From NCBI GenBank assembly GCA_963788375.1, contig CAWBGT010000001.1, positions 7,467 through 71,466 on the forward strand: a stretch of DNA of 64,000 bases, read 5' to 3'. This DNA is from an uncultured Chloroflexia bacterium. Its GTDB lineage: Bacteria > Chloroflexota > Limnocylindria > Limnocylindrales > CSP1-4. Shown here piece by piece: positions 1 through 7,481 of this stretch (the first letter of the stretch is position 1; every line of letters begins with the position of its first letter). The notes beneath the pieces are model-generated. The model made no database searches, had not been told where the DNA came from, and saw only the letters and a list, made by a program, of their open reading frames with translations. Both the position numbers and the translations under genes were made by a program.

Positions 1-1048
1 GTACTTCCTCTCGACGGCCTTCCCGCCGGCGGCCCGGATGCGCGACATCCTGGCGGCGCTCGAGAAGGTGGACTCGGCGACGATCAAGGGCCTCCAGGCG
101 CAGGTGAACCTCCCGTACGGGCAGATCGAGAAGGCGCTCAAGCTGCTCGAGGTGGATGGCGCCGTGGTCCGCGAGCGCGGCCGCTTCAGCCGGACGGCGA
201 TGCCCTGGGAGCAGGATGAGGCCTGGGTGGCGGCCGTCCTGGAGGCTCGCCGGCGCGAGCTTGCGTCGATGCGGGAGTACGTGGACACGACCGAGTGCCG
301 GATGGAGTTCCTGGGCCGGCTGCTCAACGACCCGGCGGCGGCACCCTGCGGGCACTGCGCCAACGATGGCGGCGTGCGCTGGCCCAGGTCCGTGGATGCT
401 GCGATCGTCCAGGAGGCGGTCGCATACCTGCGGCGGGACGTGCGGGCGATCGACCCTCGGCGCCAGTGGCCGGAGGGTGCGCGCATCGCGAAGCCCAACG
501 AGGTGGGTCGGGCGCTGTGCATCCTGGGCGACCCGGGGTGGGGGAGGGACGTGGAGCGCGGGCTCGCCGCCGCCGCGCGGTCCGATGGCGCGGGACCCTC
601 CGGAGCTGGATCTCCCGGAGCTGGATCTTCCGGCGCCCGTTTCGAGGACCACCTGGCCGGCGCCTCGATGGAGGTGATCCGCGGTCGATGGCGCCCCAGC
701 CCGATGCCCGAGTGGGTCACCTGCGTACCGTCGGCGACCCGCCCGGGGCTGGTGGAGGCGTTCGCGGAGCGCCTGGCGTCCATGCTGGCGCTGCCGTTCG
801 TGGCCTGCGTGTCCTCGGCCGCGGGCGCCCCGCAGGCGCGGATGCAGAACAGTGCCCAGCAGGCGGCGAACGCGCGGGAGCGCCTGGCCGTCGCCTCCTC
901 GAGGGTTCGTTCCGGGCCCGTGCTGCTGGTGGACGACCTCGTGGACTCGCGCTGGACGTTGACCGTGGCGGGGTCCCTGCTGCGGGGCGCGGGGTCCGGC
1001 CCGGTGCTGCCGTTCGCACTCGCCGTGGCGACGCCCCGCGGGGAGTGA
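1..1048 (+). CDS. RecQ-family DNA helicase C-terminal region (zinc-binding/RQC-like) fused to ComF-like phosphoribosyltransferase domain; 5' end lies outside window
   Basis: ORF 38..1048 is open from the window edge. Segment CRMEFLGRLLNDPAAAPCGHC resembles the RecQ Zn-binding motif (E. coli CRRLVLLNYFGE..PCGNCDIC). C-terminus VLLVDDLVDSRWTLTVAGSLL is a PRTase/ComF-type motif. Confidence 0.5.
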   Translation, partial: YFLSTAFPPAARMRDILAALEKVDSATIKGLQAQVNLPYGQIEKALKLLEVDGAVVRERGRFSRTAMPWEQDEAWVAAVLEARRRELASMREYVDTTECRMEFLGRLLNDPAAAPCGHCANDGGVRWPRSVDAAIVQEAVAYLRRDVRAIDPRRQWPEGARIAKPNEVGRALCILGDPGWGRDVERGLAAAARSDGAGPSGAGSPGAGSSGARFEDHLAGASMEVIRGRWRPSPMPEWVTCVPSATRPGLVEAFAERLASMLALPFVACVSSAAGAPQARMQNSAQQAANARERLAVASSRVRSGPVLLVDDLVDSRWTLTVAGSLLRGAGSGPVLPFALAVATPRGE

Positions 1049-1483
1049 CGGGGGGCGATACTCGACGCCGACGACGGGCTCGCCCCGTCCGCCAGAACCA
1101 CAGGAGCACCGACTTGGCCACGATCATCCACCGGCGGACGGCCCGCCGGGCCCCAGGGTCAGACGCCGTCTCGACGGTCGTCACGACGCCGGCGGAGGCA
1201 CGGGGGCCGGGCGCATCCCTGGCGCCCCTGCGGTCGCTGACCTGGGTCGGCTGGGCGTCCGCACTGGTGGCCGCCGCCTGGCTGGTCCGCGGGTTGTGGC
1301 CCCTGGTGGAGAGCGGCCTCCCGGATTCGTCCCGCTGGGGCGACGTGGCGCTGTACGTCCTGCGGGTGGTTGGCGACGCGGCCGCTGTCGCCTTGCCGGC
1401 GGCCCTGGAGCTGGGGATGCCGGGGGCACGGCGTCGGGCACCATCGCTGATGCGCGGGGCGGTGCTGATCGCGCTGGCGCAGA

Positions 1484-2122
1484 TTGTCGGACCCGCGATC
1501 GGGTGGGTGCAGGAGGTCGTTGTCGGGGCGCTGGATCCCGCGAGCCTGCCCGGTCAACTACGAGACGCCGCTGGGCCTTGCCTTCGGCGTGCTGGCGGTG
1601 GGCAGCGGCCTGCTGTTGATCGGCGGCCTGTGGTCCCTGTCGGACGGGCTGTGGGATGCGGGCTCGCGGCCGCCACGGGCGATCCTCCTGGTGGTCGCGG
1701 CCATCGGGGCTGGTGGCACGCTCGTGGCGTTCCTGCCATTCCTGGGCTCGAACGTCGACTTGTCCAGGACCCTCGGATGGCTCAACCTCGCGAGCATCGT
1801 CCTCTCATTGGTCACGATCGCCCTGGCGCTCGTCGTCGCGACGCGACTGGTTGCGGGTCTGCCCGCCCGGCTGGTGCCGCGGCCCGCCTGGGCGCTGGGG
1901 GCGATCGCGGGCGTGGGCGTCATGGTGGAGCGTTTTGGGACCGCGGTGCTCCTGGGCACGGGCGGGGAGGTGGAGGGCCTCAACCTCGTCATCGGTGTGG
2001 CCAGCTCAGCAGCGTGGCTGATCCTTGCCGTGGCGTTCGCGGCGGGACTGGGACGCGGGGCCGAGCGCCGCAACGGGCGCCGGCCGCTGATGCACCTGTA
2101 CGTCCGAAACCCAACGGACTGA
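1484..2122 (+). CDS. hypothetical polytopic membrane protein (possibly 3' part of a frameshifted longer gene starting near 1240)
   Basis: ORF 1484..2122 has several hydrophobic helices (LAFGVLAVGSGLLLIGGLW, ILLVVAAIGAGGTLVAFLPFLG, IVLSLVTIALALVVATRLVAGL). Frame 1 upstream (about 1240-1545) also encodes helix-like segments. Confidence 0.5.
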   Translation: MSDPRSGGCRRSLSGRWIPRACPVNYETPLGLAFGVLAVGSGLLLIGGLWSLSDGLWDAGSRPPRAILLVVAAIGAGGTLVAFLPFLGSNVDLSRTLGWLNLASIVLSLVTIALALVVATRLVAGLPARLVPRPAWALGAIAGVGVMVERFGTAVLLGTGGEVEGLNLVIGVASSAAWLILAVAFAAGLGRGAERRNGRRPLMHLYVRNPTD

Positions 2123-2172
2123 CCCCGGCCCGCATCCGATGCCCGGCGATCCGGTTGCCGGCGGGCGTTCGA

Positions 2173-3510
2173 TCAGCCGATCACGAACCACGCGACGTCG
2201 ACGTCCGAGGTGGCGTTTGCAGTCAGGTGGATCGTGATCGTGTTGTCGCCGGTGTCGCGGACGACGCGCGCGACGGTCGTTGCCCCGCCGGCGTTGCCCT
2301 GGAGCGTCGCCAGCACCTTGGCGGTGTTGGTGATGTTCACGCCGGGGCTGACGACCACGCTGCTCGATCCACTCTGGATGGTCGAAACGCCCGCGGTGCT
2401 GAAGTCCGCACGACCCGTGACCCGGAGGGCGATGGCGAAGTCATCGGTCGGGACCTCGAACGACCCCGCAACGCCGTAGGCGCCCGTCGCCGTCCCGGCG
2501 ACCCCCACGCCCGTACCGTGCGTCGCCGAGCCCCACACGCCGGTTCCGTCGTCGCCTGTTGACGTTCCACGCACGCCGACGCCGGTGCTGGAGCCGTCAG
2601 TCCCCCGCACGCCCGTCCCCTGGGTGGCGCCGGCGGACACGCCGTGGACGCCGATGCCGCCGGTTGCCCGGACAGACTCCCCACGGGCCCCGGTGCCCTC
2701 GAAGGAATAGGCGGACACACCATTGCCGTCAACGTCCTGGCTGATGCCGGACACCCCGTCCCGGCCGAAGCCCCGGATCCCGATTCCGTTGGGATGGTAG
2801 GCCCGGCCGTACACCCCGAAGCCGCCGTCGCCCTCCGACTCGCCGTACACGCCGACGTTCACGGACGTGGTGCGAGATGCCCGACCCTTGACACCGATCC
2901 CGGTCTCGCTGCTCGCCGTGCCCAGAACGCCAATCGTGGAACCCGTCGTCGCAGATACATGGCCAGAGACGCCGATGCCCGCGGTACTGGCCGACTGACC
3001 GTGCACACCGCGGGCGTCACCCGTCGTCGCGGTTGCAACTCCCAGTGCGCCACGTCCGGCCGTCCCCGTGCTGGTGCCGCTCACCCCGCGCCCGGGTCCG
3101 ACGCCATAGACGCCGGCGCCGCTGGGCGCATTCGTCTGGCCCCGGACGCCCGCCGGTGTGCCGCTCGACGCGGTCGCCATGCCAACGACGCCGTTGCCGT
3201 TGGAATCGGCGGTCTCGCCCTGGATTCCGGTGGCGTTGCCCGAGTTGGTGGTGGTTCTTGCCCGGAATGCGGGCGTGTCCGACGACGAGATGAAGGTGGT
3301 GTTGGAGCCCGTGTGGGACTTGCCGACCTTGACCGCGTCACCGTTTGCGGCCGAGACGGGAAGCGGACGGCCCAGCACGCCCGCTGCAAGGCCCGCCACG
3401 CCGCCAATGGCGCCGACCAGGATCGCGCGTCGCGTGCGGGGCGATACGGATGCCTCCGGGGACGCGGCGGGAACCGGGGTCTCGTCATTCGCGGGGAGCG
3501 AAACGGACAT
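2173..3510 (-). CDS. Tat-signal secreted glycine-rich tandem-repeat protein (G-V-x-G-x-S/T repeats) with distinct C-terminal domain
   Basis: ORF 2173..3828 minus; chosen start MSVSLPANDE (codon 107) is preceded by GGGGAGG RBS. The twin-arginine motif TRRAILVGAIGGVAGLAAG follows. About 300 aa of GVxGxSxxxxG-type repeats. Confidence 0.6.
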   Translation of the reverse strand: MSVSLPANDETPVPAASPEASVSPRTRRAILVGAIGGVAGLAAGVLGRPLPVSAANGDAVKVGKSHTGSNTTFISSSDTPAFRARTTTNSGNATGIQGETADSNGNGVVGMATASSGTPAGVRGQTNAPSGAGVYGVGPGRGVSGTSTGTAGRGALGVATATTGDARGVHGQSASTAGIGVSGHVSATTGSTIGVLGTASSETGIGVKGRASRTTSVNVGVYGESEGDGGFGVYGRAYHPNGIGIRGFGRDGVSGISQDVDGNGVSAYSFEGTGARGESVRATGGIGVHGVSAGATQGTGVRGTDGSSTGVGVRGTSTGDDGTGVWGSATHGTGVGVAGTATGAYGVAGSFEVPTDDFAIALRVTGRADFSTAGVSTIQSGSSSVVVSPGVNITNTAKVLATLQGNAGGATTVARVVRDTGDNTITIHLTANATSDVDVAWFVIG

Positions 3511-3640
3511 GGGACACCTCCCCTCGACGGACGGCGCCTGGTTGCAGGCAGGAACGACACGCGCCCGCGCGAGTTCGGCGCAGCGTGCCAAATTCACGAC
3601 CCGGATGCAATACACGATCGTCGCGGCCGTGAGGGCCGCA

Positions 3641-3853
3641 TCACACGCCCTCGTCCATCTCCTCGAGGATCGCGTCGAAGTTGATGGCGGCGTCACACTC
3701 CTCGCAGATGGGAGGGTCCCAGTCGCCGGCTTCGGGCAGGTCCGTCCGGCCGCAGGTGGAGCAGGCGAACGGCAGGAGGGAGGCAGGGCCAATGACGGCG
3801 TCGACGGATGTCGTCTCGGGCTGGTCACGTCGCCGACGCCAGAAGAGGTTCAT
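3641..3853 (-). CDS. small CxxC...CxxC zinc-ribbon protein
   Basis: 70-aa ORF with CSTCGRTD...CEECDAAI, i.e. two CxxC pairs; acidic C-terminus. Sits 130 bp upstream of, and co-oriented with, the Gly-rich secreted protein gene. Confidence 0.4.
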   Translation of the reverse strand: MNLFWRRRRDQPETTSVDAVIGPASLLPFACSTCGRTDLPEAGDWDPPICEECDAAINFDAILEEMDEGV

Positions 3854-3928
3854 GCCCGCATCCTGCGCCTCGCCCGTGCCACCTGCCTGTCACGGCCGCG
3901 TGCCCGGGATCGAACATAGACTCACGCG

Positions 3929-4855
3929 ATGCAGTACATCGACATCGAGGGAATGCGGCTCTCCCGCATCGGGCTGGGCACCTGGCAGTTCGGGAGCCGC
4001 GAGTGGGGGTACGGAGCCGACTATGCGAACGAGACCGCGCCCGCGCTGATCCGGAGGTCGCTCGAGCTCGGGATCACGATGCTCGATACCGCCGAGATCT
4101 ACGGACCCGGGCGTTCGGAGACGATCATCGGTGCGACGCTCGCGCAGCTGGTGGATGGCCAGCGCAACGGCCTGGTTGTCGCGACCAAGTTCATGCCGAT
4201 CGCCCCTGCGGAGCCGATCGTTGCCTGGCAGGTCGCCGGGTCCCGACGGCGGCTGGGTATGGACACCCTCGACCTGCTGTACGTGCACCAGAAGAACCCG
4301 TTCGTCTCGGCGCGGCGCATCATGCAGGCAGTCCGCCCTCTGGTCGAGGAGGGGCTGGTCCAGCATGCGGGGGTCTCGAACTTCTCGCTGGACCATTGGC
4401 AGGAAGCAGAGCGAGCCTTGCGCGCCCCGGTCGTGGCGAACCAGGTGCAGTTCAGCCTGGTGAGCCCGGCTCCGGCCGCCGATCTCGTGCCCTTCGCCGA
4501 GTCTGCCGGCCGGGTCGTGGTGGCGTACTCGCCCCTGTGCCAGGGCCTGCTCGCCGGGCGCACCGACTGGCCGAGTGCCGGGGGGTTCCGCCGTCCCCAG
4601 GGAATGCTGGCGAGTCGGAAGCCCGGAGTGGAGCCGTTGCGGGTGACGCTTGGGGAGATCGCGGCCGCCCACGGAGCGACCTCCGCGCAGGTGGCGCTGG
4701 CCTGGGTCCTCTCGCACCCGAACACGATCGCGATCCCGGGCGCGCGGACGGTCGAGCAGCTCGAGGAGAACGCCGCTGCGGTAGACCTGGTGCTCTCCGA
4801 CGAGGAGCTGGTCCGGTTGACGACGCTCTCGGAGGCGTTCTTCGGGCGCTCGTAG
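3929..4855 (+). CDS. aldo/keto reductase family oxidoreductase
   Basis: 308-aa ORF; LGTWQFG, MLDTAEIYGPGRSE and IPGARTVEQLEEN are hallmark AKR motifs. Confidence 0.9.
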   Translation: MQYIDIEGMRLSRIGLGTWQFGSREWGYGADYANETAPALIRRSLELGITMLDTAEIYGPGRSETIIGATLAQLVDGQRNGLVVATKFMPIAPAEPIVAWQVAGSRRRLGMDTLDLLYVHQKNPFVSARRIMQAVRPLVEEGLVQHAGVSNFSLDHWQEAERALRAPVVANQVQFSLVSPAPAADLVPFAESAGRVVVAYSPLCQGLLAGRTDWPSAGGFRRPQGMLASRKPGVEPLRVTLGEIAAAHGATSAQVALAWVLSHPNTIAIPGARTVEQLEENAAAVDLVLSDEELVRLTTLSEAFFGRS

Positions 4856-4879
4856 CGCGCGAGCGTGGCGCCGGTGTCG

Positions 4880-5115
4880 CTGAGCCTGCCATGCGCGTTG
4901 AGCCTGCCATGCGCGCCGGACCGCGTCCGGCCACGTGCCGCCCGGCGGCCGGCCCTGCGCCGGACCGCGTCGGGCCACGAGGCCGGCCACGTGCCGCCCG
5001 GCGGCCGGCCCTGCGCCGCACTCGGGCCACGTGCCGGCCACGTGCCGCCCGGCGGCCGGCCCTGCGCCGCACTCGGGCCGGGGGCCGCCCGGCGGCTGTG
5101 GCCGGCCGCGTGCGC
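4880..5115. repeat. GC-rich tandem repeats (17-bp tgagcctgccatgcgcg x2, then about 45-bp units containing ccacgtgccgcccggcggccggccctgcgccg x4)
   Basis: Direct reading of sequence; the same 19-mer ccacgtgccgcccggcggc recurs at about 4931, 4988, 5029 and 5118. Confidence 0.7.
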
Positions 5116-5502
5116 GGCCACGTGCCGCCCGGCGGCTGAACGATCGGGTGCGGGCCGGTCTGCGCCGCTTTGCGGCACATCCATCGGGCGGAGCAGCCTG
5201 CGAGCCGACCATCGCGCCGCTGAGCGGTCGAGAACGGCGGCTCGAGCGACGGTTGAGCCGGTGGACGGCGCGCCGGCCCCGCGTCGGGCCACTCGGGCCA
5301 CGTGCCGCCCGGCCGCCGGCCCCGCGCCGGCCCCGCGCCGCACTCGGGCCACGTGCCGCCCGGCGGCTGAACGATCGGGTGCGGGCTGGTCTGCGCCGCT
5401 TTGCGGCACATCCATCGGGCGGAGCAGCCTGCGAGCCGACCATCGCGCCGCTGAGCGGTCGAGAACGGCGGCTCGAGCGACGGTTGAGCCGGTGGACGGC
5501 GC
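5116..5502. repeat. two near-identical about 156-bp direct repeats (5116-5272 and 5347-5502) separated by about 75 bp
   Basis: Both copies read ggccacgtgccgcccggcggctgaacgatcgggtgcggg...gctcgagcgacggttgagccggtggacggcgcg, with a single g/t difference in cgggccggtc versus cgggctggtc. Confidence 0.85.
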
Positions 5503-5717
5503 GGCAAATGCCAGCGGTGCGCTGGACCGCGTCGAGCACGCTGCACCGCGGCGCGGCGGATGCCGGCGGTCGGCTACGGCGCGCCGACCCCCACGGCGCG
5601 GCGGCCCTCGCGGCGCGGCGGCTGAGGTCGGCTACGGCGCGGCGTGCCGGCCCAGATGTCAGTCCCAGCAACGCGAGACGTAAGCCCCAGCGAACCGTCA
5701 GCGACCAGGATGGGCCG

Positions 5718-6374
5718 ATGACGGCTCGACAGCGACCAGGAGATCAAGGCGCCGCCGATGCTCGCCGTCTTGGCGCCGAGCTATGCCGCGACATCGGGGA
5801 TGCCCGGCGAGGTCTTGGGCTCAGCCAACGCCTGGTGTCCGCCCGAGCCGGGATGTCACCTTCGCAGTACGGGCGGCTCGAGCGCGGTGACCTTAGCTAT
5901 CCATCGCTCAACCAGCTCTGCCGTGCGTGTCGCGCCGTCGGGATGGAGCCGGCCCTCAGGGCCTACCCGTCAGGCGAGCCCATCCGAGATGCCGCGCAGC
6001 TCGCGCTGCTCGCTCGCTTCGAGAGCCTGCTCGTGGCGCCCCTCCGCGTGCGCCGCGAGGTCCCACTGCCGGTCGTCGGCGACCGACGAGCGTGGGACGC
6101 GCGGGTCAGCGACGGCACGGCCAACGCCTCGATCGAAGGAGAGTCGCGCATTCACGACGCTCAGGCGCTCGCCCGGCGCATCGAGCTCAAGTCGCGCGAC
6201 GACCCGAGTGCCGGTGCCGTCATCCTGGTTGTCAACGACACAGCACACAATCGGCGGATCCTCTCGGAACACCGCGAGGCCCTGCGTGGTCAGTTCCCTC
6301 TCGATGGCGCCGCCATCGCCCGGGCACTGCGCCGAGGACGGGTTCCGGATGTGAGTGGGATCATCGTGCTGTGA
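5718..6374 (+). CDS. XRE-family helix-turn-helix protein with about 150-aa C-terminal domain of unknown function (paralog of the 25877..26617 gene)
   Basis: In-frame ATG at 5718 inside ORF 4935..6374; the upstream part of that ORF runs through repeats. HTH segment LGLSQRLVSARAGMSPSQYGRLERGDLSYPSLNQLCRACRAVGMEP. Confidence 0.6.
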   Translation: MTARQRPGDQGAADARRLGAELCRDIGDARRGLGLSQRLVSARAGMSPSQYGRLERGDLSYPSLNQLCRACRAVGMEPALRAYPSGEPIRDAAQLALLARFESLLVAPLRVRREVPLPVVGDRRAWDARVSDGTANASIEGESRIHDAQALARRIELKSRDDPSAGAVILVVNDTAHNRRILSEHREALRGQFPLDGAAIARALRRGRVPDVSGIIVL

Positions 6375-6540
6375 TCTCGGTCGTTCGTCGTGTTCCGCCC
6401 GCCCTTGGAATCCGCCAGTCGGCTCAACCGTCGGATGCAGTGCGACATCCGGCGCCGGCCGGCACATCTATCGCCTAGGGGCGCCGCGCCCACCAACAGA
6501 TGTGCCGCGGACAGGATGGAATCCAACTTCGAGCGACGGT

Positions 6541-6768
6541 TGGACCCCTGGGCGGCACGGAGGTCGCAATTTGGACCCCTGGGCGGCACGGAGGTCGCAA
6601 GGGGACCCCCTGGGCGGACGCCGTCGCGCCGAACCGGGCGTACCGCGCCGGATCTCGGCACGGAGGTCGCAAGGGGGACCCCCTGGGCGGACGCCGTCGC
6701 GCCGAACCGGGCGTACCGCGCCGGATCTCGGCACGGAGGTCGCAAGGGGGACCCCCTGGGCGGCGCAG
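6541..6768. repeat. tandem repeats: 30-bp unit x2 (ggacccctgggcggcacggaggtcgcaa), then 72-bp unit x2 carrying an identical 39-bp insert, then a partial unit
   Basis: Direct reading. The inserts are identical, so this is a tandem duplication and not a spacer array. Confidence 0.8.
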
Positions 6769-6858
6769 CCAGTACCGCGAACTCCGGGCCGGTTGGCATT
6801 GTTGGTAGGGCAGCATCGGCCCCTGTCGGGCGACGATCCGGCGGCCGACACTCGCGGC

Positions 6859-7401
6859 ATGAGCTTGGATCCGCGTACCCAGGTCGAGGCACCTGTCCGG
6901 GTGGCTCTCACCGGCCTCATGGGCCGCGGCCTCGCGCTGGTGGGAGCTGTCGCGTTGCTCGCCCTGTGGCCCATGGCCGCCAAGCCCGAGGCGGCAATCT
7001 GCGACGCCATCGCGTGCCTCGCAGTCGCGGTCCTGGTGGGCTATGCCGCGGTCATCCGGGTCTCCCAGCGCATCGGCAGCCGTCCCGCGCCCGAGGCTCG
7101 TGAGCGGGCATGGGAACGGGCGAGGGAGATCGATAACGACGATGCCTCGCTGGGCCTGCTCGTGGCCGGCTGGGTGCCGGTGGGCCTGCTGCTCGCGATG
7201 GGTCTCCTGATCTGGCCGCACCTCACGGACCGGAATCCGGCCCTCGCGGCCGCCTGGGTGGTGTTCGGCCTGCCCCCGGTCCTTCTGGCCTGGATGCTGG
7301 CCACCACGACCTGGCTTGACGCCTGTCGCGACGACCTCGCCCGCGCCGAGGAGGAGTCCGACACGCGGCTCCGCCACTACTGGGCGAACGTGGGGCATTG
7401 A
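6859..7401 (+). CDS. hypothetical membrane protein (4 predicted TM helices)
   Basis: First ATG after the repeat block in ORF 6355..7401. Hydrophobic segments LALVGAVALLALWP, CLAVAVLVGYAAVI, LLVAGWVPVGLLLAMGLLIWP and AAAWVVFGLPPVLLAWMLA. Confidence 0.5.
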   Translation: MSLDPRTQVEAPVRVALTGLMGRGLALVGAVALLALWPMAAKPEAAICDAIACLAVAVLVGYAAVIRVSQRIGSRPAPEARERAWERAREIDNDDASLGLLVAGWVPVGLLLAMGLLIWPHLTDRNPALAAAWVVFGLPPVLLAWMLATTTWLDACRDDLARAEEESDTRLRHYWANVGH

Positions 7402-7481
7402 GGCCCGCCCGAGGAGACTGGCCCGGCACGATGTGACCGATGGGCACATCGCTCATAAGCCGCCCCTGTTAGCCTCATCTC

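Noticed and set aside
295-2562. 755-aa ORF in plus frame 1
   Set aside because: Arg/Gly/Pro-rich composition typical of an off-frame read of high-GC DNA. It overlaps better-supported genes in other frames. Only a short central segment (about 1240-1545) looks membrane-protein-like, and that is noted separately.
3808-5671. Long ORFs (443, 593, 438, 364, 272 and 479 aa) on both strands spanning 3808-6374
   Set aside because: They run through the tandem and direct repeat island and the AKR gene in wrong frames. Their translations are repetitive Arg/Pro/Ala strings. Only the 3' part of ORF 4935..6374, the HTH protein from 5718, is credible.
6541-6768. CRISPR-like appearance of the 30/72-bp repeats with 39-bp inserts
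   Set aside because: The two inserts are identical to each other and no cas genes are nearby. This is a tandem duplication, not a spacer array.
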